From: Candidatus Poribacteria bacterium
GTDB lineage: Bacteria > Poribacteria > WGA-4E > WGA-3G
NCBI GenBank assembly: GCA_965205025.1
Contig: CBDBFU010000013.1
Coordinates: forward strand, 64,001-128,000
Direction: 5' to 3'
DNA: 64,000 nt
The notes beneath the pieces were generated by a model that saw nothing but the letters and a program-made list of their open reading frames with translations, did not search any database and was not told the origin of the DNA. Of this stretch, positions 34,597 through 43,768 are shown piece by piece (within the stretch, counting starts at the first letter, position 1; each line of letters begins with the position of its first letter). The translations under genes were made by a program, and so were the position numbers.

Positions 34597-34736
34597 TATA
34601 TTCCTCTAACCCATTAGTGTATTTATGTGATACTTGACGTTGTTCATCCAATTCGAAATATACATATATGATACTCCGAGAATATAATCTGGACATGTAT
34701 TTAAGGATTTGATAGGATAGAAATAAGGAGGAGAAG

Positions 34737-35042
34737 ATGAGTGAAGAAATTAGAACTGATATAAAAGGTATCGAACGATTCGTATTTGAAAAGGGAACTG
34801 ATCCTGATCGGCTACATTTACACATTTCTGAAGTTGAGCCAGGTCAACGAGCACATGCACCCCACACCCATGAGGGTTTAGAGGTATTCTATGTTTTCTC
34901 TGGTAAGGGAGAAGTTCTGTTTGGAGATAAAAAACACCTTCTATCTGATAATCAAGCAATCCAAGTGGATTGTACGGTTTTGCATGGTATACGGAATGTT
35001 GGTGAGACAAAACTGAAATACGCGGTTATAATTGCTCGATAA
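34737..35042 (+). CDS. Cupin domain protein
   Basis: HAPHTHEGLEVFYVFSGKG and HGIRNVG; RBS AAGGAGG. Confidence 0.88.
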   Translation: MSEEIRTDIKGIERFVFEKGTDPDRLHLHISEVEPGQRAHAPHTHEGLEVFYVFSGKGEVLFGDKKHLLSDNQAIQVDCTVLHGIRNVGETKLKYAVIIAR

Positions 35043-35077
35043 TATGAGAGATAATCACAAAAGAGTGTTTGAAGCAA

Positions 35078-35506
35078 TTATATAGATTCAGAATTAGAGT
35101 GTGTATACAATCTAATTATATCGTAAATCCCTCCTATAATCAGAAGTATACCTATGCTTGTGATACCTCTACGTATCCATATTGGATTAATTTTGTGGGG
35201 TAAATTGTAGAGGAGTATTGGTTGTAATAGATGTGATAATCCTATATTCACATAGAAAACACCGTAGGAAATAAGGCAAACTTCACTCAATAGTTGTTGT
35301 TTCTGTTGATTAACTGGTAAGTTGAATATATTTATTAGATAGTCTCCTGAGAAAACCAAAATCAAGCCAACAACGAAAAATGTCAACAGTGTTAAGATAG
35401 AATACCCCGATTGTCTAAGCAAAATGGATATTAATACACTGACCCCACCTAAGATTAGACTGATTACTCCTTGAAAGATTCGGACTCCTCGACTATATGC
35501 TAACAT
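35078..35506 (-). CDS. Hypothetical membrane protein (about 4 TM)
   Basis: Hydrophobic 142-aa ORF. The overlapping ORF 35493-35684 may be its frameshifted N-terminus. Confidence 0.55.
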   Translation of the reverse strand: MLAYSRGVRIFQGVISLILGGVSVLISILLRQSGYSILTLLTFFVVGLILVFSGDYLINIFNLPVNQQKQQLLSEVCLISYGVFYVNIGLSHLLQPILLYNLPHKINPIWIRRGITSIGILLIIGGIYDIIRLYTHSNSESI

Positions 35507-35667
35507 TATAATTTATGTATAATCCTCTGAGAGTCCTATCTGAATGAAGTATATCCATAAAAGAATAAAACACAGATTCTGTCAGAGGATCTATTTCCTC
35601 TATACTTGCCTCTTGGATTTTGGTTTGATAAGGGATATTCGTTTCGATTTCCAATCTTAAATTGATC

Positions 35668-36606
35668 TTATAATTCAATTTCAAGGTTTAACCAACGTAT
35701 CTCTTTATCAGTTAGTTGTAGGTCTAATGCCCCAATAGAAGATTTCATTTCATCTAAATTTGCAGGACCTACTACAGGAAACATTGGAAATGGCAGGTGA
35801 ACGCAGTATGAAAGAGAAACCTGAATTGGAGAAAATCCGTATTTTGTACCCAGTTGTTTTGCGCGTTCAAGTCTTTCAAAGTTCTCATCATTGTAATATA
35901 CACGTACCATATCCCCGTTATCTCTATTTTCAGGTGTAAATGCACCACTGAAAAAACCGCGTGCTTGTGAAGACCAAGGCATGAGTGGGAATTGCTTATC
36001 TTTATGCCATCGGCGACCATCATCGTCAACACAGACACATCCTCCCCACATTGGTTCCATTGGAACAGCGAGACTGATATTATTACTGCAGGCAACGAAT
36101 CCATTTAACCCATTTTCTTTGGCGTAAGTATTTGCTTCATCAATACGATGTGGATGCCAGTTAGAGGCTGCGATCGCTCTAATCTTTCCTGTCTGCATCT
36201 CTTCATTTAGGTAATCAATAATCGTTTTTACAGGCATATCAGGATCATCTCTATGTAGCATGTAAAGATCAATATAATCGGACTGAAGACGTTCTAAATT
36301 TTCTTGTAAGTCTTGTCTGACAAATTCAGGAGATACTCTTACAGGAACCCCTCCGTGTGGATGTCCACCTTTATCAATGATAAAGACTTTATCTCTATTC
36401 CCTCTATCTTTCATCCAAAGACCAATTAGTCTTTCGCTATTGCCACCACCATAAATATGAGCAGTATCTAATGCATTTCCACCTGCCTCAAAGAAAGCAT
36501 CAAGCATTTCTGTGCTATGTTCATATTCTCCCGGTGAATACATCATTGTTCCCAGTATCAGTTGTGATATTTCCTTGTCGACACCTGGGATTTTAATCCG
36601 CTTCAT
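35668..36606 (-). CDS. Aldo/keto reductase
   Basis: LILGT, DTAHIYG, YIDLYMLHRDD, GKIR..ASNW and WSSQARG. Confidence 0.92.
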   Translation of the reverse strand: MKRIKIPGVDKEISQLILGTMMYSPGEYEHSTEMLDAFFEAGGNALDTAHIYGGGNSERLIGLWMKDRGNRDKVFIIDKGGHPHGGVPVRVSPEFVRQDLQENLERLQSDYIDLYMLHRDDPDMPVKTIIDYLNEEMQTGKIRAIAASNWHPHRIDEANTYAKENGLNGFVACSNNISLAVPMEPMWGGCVCVDDDGRRWHKDKQFPLMPWSSQARGFFSGAFTPENRDNGDMVRVYYNDENFERLERAKQLGTKYGFSPIQVSLSYCVHLPFPMFPVVGPANLDEMKSSIGALDLQLTDKEIRWLNLEIEL

Positions 36607-36830
36607 GAAATGTAATCCTTTGTCCTGAAATATTTTACAATTGATTATTTACTCAACACCAATAGGGTAATACAATCAAATATATCGTGGTAAGAAAATA
36701 TATTGCATTTAAAATCCACCATATTTCAATAGTATGGGAAATAGATATTGGTAAAACCAAGCTAAAATACATCCTTAAATAATACCACATACACATGGGA
36801 AAAACCATGTTAAATTTTGAATATTAACAG

Positions 36831-37793
36831 TTAGATTCTATTCCTATAAATGGCTTCAACAAGTTCCATTGTTTTTATTGCATCATCAAAACAGGTTAAT
36901 GGTTGTTGATCCGATTTAATTGAATCCACAAAATGTCTGCTTTCACCATAAAATCCGTAGGATATATAGTTTAAATCTGTACCTGCAGCTTCTTCGGTTG
37001 TTATCTCTGTGATTCCGTCAGATGTATAGATCTTAGCACTTCCACCATCATCTGGGTTAATATATGCGGAAATACCAGATGCGTGCATCTCAAATATATG
37101 TATACGACCCCCAACTGCCCAATTTGTGCATAAATATCCTGAAGCACCACTTGTGAACTTAACAATAGCGTTAAAACTATTCTCTCTTTCAGAGTTGAAA
37201 GAATTTATATCGCTTGCTACGGCTTGTACTTCTCCCCCACCTAACCATCGTAATGCATCTACAGCGTGTACTGCATCACAGGTTAACACATCAATTATAC
37301 CATCATAGTATAAGGCATTAGGAGAGTTCTTATGAAATGTGGACATACATTGAATTATTGGTCCATCTTCTTCAACTATTTCTTTAACTTTCTGAAGTAA
37401 TGGTATAAAACGTCGATTGAATCCAACCATTGTCTTGCATTCAAATTTCTCTGCTGCCAATGCCATCTCTCTTGTCTGGTGTAATGTTATACCTGGAGGT
37501 TTCTCTATGAAAACATGATGCTGTTGCGAAAGACAATGCATCACCAGTGGAAAAAGATGTTGTGGTGGCATCAAAATATAAACCGCATCTGGACTCGTTT
37601 TTTCCAGCATTTCACGATAGTCGTTAAATGTTTGGTCTATTTTAAATCGTTCTGCTGTGGAATGAAGTTTGGATTCTACCAAATCACATATCCCAACTAA
37701 GTTTACATCCTCAAATTCAGATAAAGATGGGTAATGGACACCATTTGCCATACCACCTGCCCCAATTAATGCTATATTCACAGAATTCATCAT
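36831..37793 (-). CDS. Gfo/Idh/MocA family oxidoreductase
   Basis: IGAGGMA, FIEKPP, VGFNRRF and DAVHAVD. Confidence 0.9.
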   Translation of the reverse strand: MMNSVNIALIGAGGMANGVHYPSLSEFEDVNLVGICDLVESKLHSTAERFKIDQTFNDYREMLEKTSPDAVYILMPPQHLFPLVMHCLSQQHHVFIEKPPGITLHQTREMALAAEKFECKTMVGFNRRFIPLLQKVKEIVEEDGPIIQCMSTFHKNSPNALYYDGIIDVLTCDAVHAVDALRWLGGGEVQAVASDINSFNSERENSFNAIVKFTSGASGYLCTNWAVGGRIHIFEMHASGISAYINPDDGGSAKIYTSDGITEITTEEAAGTDLNYISYGFYGESRHFVDSIKSDQQPLTCFDDAIKTMELVEAIYRNRI

Positions 37794-37904
37794 TTACTCC
37801 ATATCATGTAGTTTCTATTGTATATTACAAGAGAAAATGATAAAATTCAATGACCTACTATAATCTTATTGTGGATTTTACATCGCTCAGATAGATTCAG
37901 GCAT

Positions 37905-39488
37905 ATGGAATTTGATCCCATTAAATTAGAACTGTATAAGAATATACTGACATCTGTTTCTGAAGAGATGGGTGTTACCCTCCAACGTACCTCTTTCTCG
38001 CCAAATATTAAAGAAAGATTAGATTTTTCATGTGCATTATTTGATGGAACTGGACAGATGATTGCCCAAGCTGCACATATACCTGTTCATCTCGGTTCTA
38101 TGCCACTATCTGTCTTAGCTGCGATTGAAAAAACTAAGATCGAGCGAGGTGATATGGTCATCCTTAATGATCCATATCAAGGGGGGACACACCTACCTGA
38201 TATTACATTAGTTTCTCCTGTATTTGGTGATGATGATGTACCTTACTTTTATGTTGCGAATCGAGCACACCATGCTGATGTTGGTGGGATGACACCAGGG
38301 TCAATGCCACTTGCTACAAGCGTAATACAAGAGGGGATTCGTATTCCACCAATTAAATTGTATAAAAAAGGAGAATTAAATACAGATATATGGGAACTCA
38401 TCCTGACGAATGTGCGAACCCCAGCAGAACGAAAAGGTGATCTGGAAGCACAGATTGCTGCAAACCGAATTGGGGAACTTCGACTATTGGAAATTGTAGA
38501 AAAATACGGTATCTCAGAAATACAGACATATATGAAGGAACTTTGTTCATATTCAAATCGTATGGTCAGATCGGTTTTAAAAGAGATACCAAATGGTAAG
38601 TATGAATTCTCAGATTATTTAGACAACGATGGATTCATAGATGAAAAAATAGAGATAAGAGTTTCTATTGAGATTAATGATGACACTGCTATTGTAGATT
38701 TTACTGGAACATCCCCTCAAGTAAAAGGTTCAGTTAATGCGATATATGCAATCACGCTTTCTGCAGTTTTCTATACTTTTCGATGTATTGTTGATGAAGA
38801 CATTCCTTCTAATTCAGGCTGTATTCAACCTATTCAAGTAATTGCTCCTGAAGGAACAGTTGTGAATGCTATTTTTCCTGCGGCTGTAGCGGGTGGAAAT
38901 GTGGAAACCTCTCAAAGAATTGTTGACGTACTATTTGGGGCATTAGCAAAAGCGTGTCCAGAACGAATTCCTGCAGCAAGTAGTGGATCTATGAATAACA
39001 TTACCGTAGGTGGAAGTGATGTATTAAGAGGAAGAGAATTCACCTATTATGAGACAATTGCAGGTGGCATGGGAGCACGTCCAGATAGAGATGGAACTGA
39101 TGCTATTCATACACACATGACGAATACTATGAATACCCCTATTGAGGCAATCGAAACAAGTTATCCGCTTCAGGTTGAGGAGTATTCAATACGACGTGGT
39201 ACTGGGGGGAGTGGGAAATACCGTGGTGGTGATGGGATAGTTCGATCATTTCGTATACTCACAGATGCTGAAGTCACAATTTTATCAGAGCGAAGAGAAG
39301 TTAATCCATACGGACTGAATGATGGAGAACCGGGGGAATGTGGTAAAAACACCTTAATTCATAACGGTGAAAAACGTACTTTAGAAGGCAAAGTCACCAT
39401 ATTTGTAGAGGAAGGAGATATCATAAAAATCGAAACGCCTGGGGGTGGTGGCTACGGATTGTCAGTTAACAAATTACTTAAGAAGTAA
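37905..39488 (+). CDS. Hydantoinase B / 5-oxoprolinase subunit
   Basis: SPNIKERLDFSCA, HIPVHLGSM, NDPYQGGTHLPD, HHADVGG, HMTNT and TPGGGGYG; start at MEFDPIKLE. Confidence 0.92.
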   Translation: MEFDPIKLELYKNILTSVSEEMGVTLQRTSFSPNIKERLDFSCALFDGTGQMIAQAAHIPVHLGSMPLSVLAAIEKTKIERGDMVILNDPYQGGTHLPDITLVSPVFGDDDVPYFYVANRAHHADVGGMTPGSMPLATSVIQEGIRIPPIKLYKKGELNTDIWELILTNVRTPAERKGDLEAQIAANRIGELRLLEIVEKYGISEIQTYMKELCSYSNRMVRSVLKEIPNGKYEFSDYLDNDGFIDEKIEIRVSIEINDDTAIVDFTGTSPQVKGSVNAIYAITLSAVFYTFRCIVDEDIPSNSGCIQPIQVIAPEGTVVNAIFPAAVAGGNVETSQRIVDVLFGALAKACPERIPAASSGSMNNITVGGSDVLRGREFTYYETIAGGMGARPDRDGTDAIHTHMTNTMNTPIEAIETSYPLQVEEYSIRRGTGGSGKYRGGDGIVRSFRILTDAEVTILSERREVNPYGLNDGEPGECGKNTLIHNGEKRTLEGKVTIFVEEGDIIKIETPGGGGYGLSVNKLLKK

Positions 39489-39494
39489 ATGCTC

Positions 39495-39557
39495 AATCTA
39501 CAAATAGAGAAGGCAGTTATGCATTTGTGTCATAACTGCCTTCTCTATTTGTAGATT
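39495..39557. terminator. Perfect 27-bp inverted repeat between convergent genes (probable bidirectional terminator)
   Basis: AATCTACAAATAGAGAAGGCAGTTATG (39495-39521), 9-nt loop, exact reverse complement at 39531-39557. Confidence 0.75.
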
Positions 39558-39574
39558 CTATTTTAAATGAATTT

Positions 39575-40924
39575 CTAAGACAATCCTTTAAGACTTCCTG
39601 TACTATCACCTAATCGTTGCATGTTGACATCCATTCTATTTAGTAATGAAAGCCAAAGGTTATTGAGAGGGGTTTCTTTTGGATATTCAATGTGTCGTCC
39701 ACTATTAAGTGTACCACATCCATTCCCAGCTAATATTATGGGTAGATCGTGGTGGCTATGACGATTTCCGTCTGCGTTACCACTTCCATATACAATCATG
39801 GAATGATCAAGGAGTGTACCTTCACCCTCGGGTATTGCATTGAGTTTTTCTAAAAAGTAGGCAAGTTGTTCAGTATGGAAGATATTGATTCTTAGAATCT
39901 TGGCTATCTTTTCTTCATCTCCACCGTGATGAGAAAGATTATGATGTCCATCAGAAACATTGACAGCTGGATATGTCTTGTTACTACCTTCGTTAGCAAG
40001 TACAAAAGTAGCGATCCTAGTTACGTCTGTTTGAAATGCAAGTATTATGAGATCCATCATGAGACGTACATGTTCCTGAAAATCTGAAGGTATATCATCG
40101 GGTGCGGAAAACTCTATGTTTTCAATAGGTGGAAATTTTTCAGCAGATTCAATCCTTTGTTCAATGTCCCTAATAGAAGAGAAATATTCATCAAGTTTTC
40201 GTACATCATTCCCACTAACCTTTTGAATTAGATCCTTTGAATCCTGTCGAACAAAATCAAGTATACTTTTTCGCTCAGCATCACGTTGTGTTCTTTCTGC
40301 ATCAGGTTCAGTAGAAAACAGACGTTCAAAAGCGAGTTTCGGATTTACTTCTTTTGGTAAAGGTTGCGTTGCAGACTTCCAAGCCATAGTTGATGAATAT
40401 ACACAACTGTAACCTGAGTCGCAATTTCCAGCTCTATAGCCTTTATCAATTCCGAGTTCAAGCGAAGGAATACGTGTTTGATTTCCGATCTGTGTAGCGG
40501 CAGCTTGATCAACAGAAATTCCTGCATGGATATCAGTACCACTTGTCTTACGGGGTTGTGCACCTGTTAGGAATGCAGCCATTGCTCTGGCATGATCCCC
40601 ACCACCATCACCGTTTGCACGGGCTTTATCCGCAGTTAATCCACTTAAGACAAGTGTTTTATCTTGTACCTTTTCTAACGGTTTTAGAATTTTTGTGAGT
40701 TCAAAGCCAGCTCCAACAGTTTGTGGTGTCCACTCCTCCATAATTTTCCCATTGGGTACATAAAGAAATGCTATACGATTAGGGGTAACCTGTCCAGTCA
40801 TCCCTTTCGTTGCAGCTGTTGCCCAATTTGTTAAGGGGCCCATGGATTCCAACCAAGGTAAGGCAATTGTCACACCTAAACCACGTAAGAATGTGCGTCG
40901 TGATAACTGTTTTTTGAATTCCAT
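39575..40924 (-). CDS. DUF1552 (HXXSHH) family protein
   Basis: SRRTFLRG Tat motif, YVPNG, GDH, SVDQ, CDSGYSCVYS, AFQTDVTR and HHNLSHH. Confidence 0.92.
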   Translation of the reverse strand: MEFKKQLSRRTFLRGLGVTIALPWLESMGPLTNWATAATKGMTGQVTPNRIAFLYVPNGKIMEEWTPQTVGAGFELTKILKPLEKVQDKTLVLSGLTADKARANGDGGGDHARAMAAFLTGAQPRKTSGTDIHAGISVDQAAATQIGNQTRIPSLELGIDKGYRAGNCDSGYSCVYSSTMAWKSATQPLPKEVNPKLAFERLFSTEPDAERTQRDAERKSILDFVRQDSKDLIQKVSGNDVRKLDEYFSSIRDIEQRIESAEKFPPIENIEFSAPDDIPSDFQEHVRLMMDLIILAFQTDVTRIATFVLANEGSNKTYPAVNVSDGHHNLSHHGGDEEKIAKILRINIFHTEQLAYFLEKLNAIPEGEGTLLDHSMIVYGSGNADGNRHSHHDLPIILAGNGCGTLNSGRHIEYPKETPLNNLWLSLLNRMDVNMQRLGDSTGSLKGLS

Positions 40925-41399
40925 AACTCTCGAATTACTCCTTGAACCATTTTAGGGAAACTATTCAGACCGGAATGAAATTAAATAATGTATATCATAC
41001 ACGTAATTTTACCTTAGTACAATAAAAAATGCAAATCAAAATCTAAGATCGGGGTGTGTAAAGTTTTTGTCACTAATCATTACGTAGCAATAGTATGTGG
41101 ATCCCAATATTTATCTCAGAAATCATTTTACAAACAATGTTCCTCTTGCTTTCAAAGTGAGATCGAACACCTAATTCTGTTGGATGAATGGATAATGTGA
41201 ATGTAAAAAAGTGTTAATATCTATCGTTTTGAAATGATAGCACTTTCACGGAAACCTTCACGGAGCATTTTTACGAGCCCTTATTCTATAAGGGTTTATA
41301 ATTAAAACATACCAATTTTCCGTGAATCACATACGTTAATCATATTATAACTTAAGTGTGTATTATGTACTTATATGTTTTTCATCCGTAGTGTATTGG

Positions 41400-41472
41400 G
41401 ACATAGCACTCCGCTGGAGTGCCAGACTGTTCCGATATTGTTTTCTATAGACATAGTACTCCGCTGGAGTAC
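41400..41472 (+). repeat. Tandem REP-like hairpins with a compensatory substitution
   Basis: GACATAGCACTCCGCTGGAGTGC (41400-41422) and GACATAGTACTCCGCTGGAGTAC (41450-41472). Confidence 0.8.
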
Positions 41473-41656
41473 GGTATTTTTGATATAGAAAACTCCAAAA
41501 AATAGACTTATCATTAGATTCTCAGTTACCTCCTGAAATAGAATTGTCATAATTATAGTAGTGAAGAATAATCAGAAGGACCAGTATAGTTCGGAGATGG
41601 TGGATTTTTGCTCTGGAGTGACATACCTAACATATGTCAACCTAAACGAAGAATTT

Positions 41657-42706
41657 TTAAAATAGTGGTGCCCCTTGTGCCTCAACATAAACAGAATATA
41701 GAGATTGGCTTGCAGTCATGAAGAGTCGATTACGTTTTACTCCACCAAAACATAAATTGGCACAGATTTCTGGTAAATGAATCTTTCCTATCAATGTACT
41801 GTCAGGATCAAAGACATGAACACCGTCAAATCCTTCACCTACCCAACCAGCACCTGCCCAAACATTGCCATCTGTATCACAGCGGAGACCATCTGCAGTC
41901 CCTGGTGCCATATCAGCAAATACCTTTTTATTCTCTAACCGTTCACTATTCATCACATCAAATACAATGATATTTTTAGGTGAACCTGTATCGGCAATAT
42001 ACAGTTTTTCATAGTCCGGAGAGAAACACAGACCGTTAGGTTTTTCTAACTCCTCTGTGACTACTGTTGCAGTTCCTCTATCAGGATTAAGACGATAAAC
42101 AGAAGTAGGTAACTCAAAGGCTGATTTATGTCCTTCGTAATTAAATAAAATTCCATATCCTGGATCAGTAAACCATATATGTCCGTCGGGATGGACGACA
42201 GCGTCGTTTGGTGCGTTTAAGCGTTTTCCATCGTATTTATCTATCAACACTGTTATAGATCCATCATATTCGGTTCGTGTCACTCGACGTGTACCGTGTT
42301 CGCAACTGATGAGTCTTCCTTGTCTATCGCGCGTGTGTCCGTTGGAATTATTTGAAGGTTTGCGATAAACACTCACCAATCCAGTGGCTTCCTGCCATTT
42401 TAAAATACGATTGTTAGGTATGTCACTCCAGAGTAGAAAGCCACCATCTCCGAACCAAACTGGTCCTTCTGACCATCGAGCACCTGTCCATAGTCTTTCA
42501 ACTACAGCGTTACCAATCTTAATTTTTGAGAAACGCTGGTCAATTACTTCAACAGCTGGATCAGGATAACGTTTGACAGGTCTATTAGGATTGTATTCAT
42601 CGGCAAAAGTTTTTAATGAACTTAATAATGGAATAGTGGTAGATGCTGCTCCTATTGCAAGTCCGTGTAAGAATGATCTTCGTGATAGATGTTTTTCTGA
42701 TTTCAT
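41657..42706 (-). CDS. SMP-30/gluconolactonase/LRE family protein, Tat-exported
   Basis: SRRSFL, WSEGPVW, SDIPNNRI, LNAPND, FTDPGYG, PNGLCFSPD and DGLRCD. Confidence 0.92.
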   Translation of the reverse strand: MKSEKHLSRRSFLHGLAIGAASTTIPLLSSLKTFADEYNPNRPVKRYPDPAVEVIDQRFSKIKIGNAVVERLWTGARWSEGPVWFGDGGFLLWSDIPNNRILKWQEATGLVSVYRKPSNNSNGHTRDRQGRLISCEHGTRRVTRTEYDGSITVLIDKYDGKRLNAPNDAVVHPDGHIWFTDPGYGILFNYEGHKSAFELPTSVYRLNPDRGTATVVTEELEKPNGLCFSPDYEKLYIADTGSPKNIIVFDVMNSERLENKKVFADMAPGTADGLRCDTDGNVWAGAGWVGEGFDGVHVFDPDSTLIGKIHLPEICANLCFGGVKRNRLFMTASQSLYSVYVEAQGAPLF

Positions 42707-42739
42707 GTTTATACCCTACATAATATACAAGAATGATAA

Positions 42740-43768
42740 CTAATTCAGTAGTTTGGGATTGAAACGTGTATCGTATTGGCTTATAATTCGATTTTCAATG
42801 AATTTATACTTCTCTAATGAGACAGATCGAAGCACATCTGGATAGACAAGGTAATACCCAAAGGTTTCAGCCATATCTTCATTAGGATTCTTCTCATAGG
42901 CATAATCAGAAACAAATTCAGATCGCTTACTTGTATTTTTCCAACCTGATTCACTCGGTAGGTCTTCATACCATCCGCTTAGATTTATCCAATCTTCTTT
43001 AGTTTGTTCAGTAAAATAAAACTCCCATAGAAAATGTGTCTTTTCATGAACAAGTAATCTTCGAACATCATTATCAAAATTACGTTTAAATAGAGCTGCA
43101 GAAAGCTCAATGTAACCTTCAGATGTCCAAGCAAGACCAGGTGCTCTTACCTCATCATCAATTCTTTGAATGATATATCTCAATTCAGGAATTCTATGCC
43201 AAACAGGTGGAAATTCCTCAAGTATTGAGATAAAAATCATCAGATCTTTGTTATCAAAATCAGAATAATCCTCAGATGTTTCTTGTGTAGAGTTTTGAGT
43301 CAAAGAAATATATGAATGAATATCAACAACTATACCATATCTTGTTTTCAATATTTCTTCTATACCAGACCTATCTGAACCATTATGAGTTAAGAAATCA
43401 ACAATAGCAAAGTATAATCTTCTTTGTAGTTTATTCTTATCATCAGTTTCATTAGAGAATACATCCCTATTAACTGTAACGAAGACAACATCATTTAGAT
43501 GCATAAGTTTGATGTCGTCCTTCATCTTTTCCCTACTCATCTTCCATATAGATGAAGGAATTACGTAATCTGTAGAAATTGTTGTATCTAAAATATCTAA
43601 TATTTTTTGTGCGTGAGAAGACTTTAGTGATGCGTCTAATCTTACTGCATATTTCTTTTCAAGTATTATAATAGGATCATTCGTAGTTGTAATATTGCTA
43701 ACAGTATAACAACCTGCGGTGATTACAACGAATGAAAATAATACTATATAGACAACACGATACATCAA
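42740..43768 (-). CDS. Hypothetical lipoprotein with a zincin-like HExxH motif
   Basis: Lipobox ITAGC; LVHEKTH; downstream YAYEKNPNEDMAE (candidate third ligand). 4-nt overlap with the upstream gene. Confidence 0.65.
   Translation of the reverse strand: MMYRVVYIVLFSFVVITAGCYTVSNITTTNDPIIILEKKYAVRLDASLKSSHAQKILDILDTTISTDYVIPSSIWKMSREKMKDDIKLMHLNDVVFVTVNRDVFSNETDDKNKLQRRLYFAIVDFLTHNGSDRSGIEEILKTRYGIVVDIHSYISLTQNSTQETSEDYSDFDNKDLMIFISILEEFPPVWHRIPELRYIIQRIDDEVRAPGLAWTSEGYIELSAALFKRNFDNDVRRLLVHEKTHFLWEFYFTEQTKEDWINLSGWYEDLPSESGWKNTSKRSEFVSDYAYEKNPNEDMAETFGYYLVYPDVLRSVSLEKYKFIENRIISQYDTRFNPKLLN

Noticed and set aside
41340-41375. dif- or loxP-like site (ATAACTTAAGTGTGTATTATGTACTTAT)
   Set aside because: Only partial resemblance; the arms are not properly complementary and such matches are expected in AT-rich DNA.
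41400-41472. Mini CRISPR array
   Set aside because: Only two units plus a vague third fragment near 41610; REP-like structure fits better.
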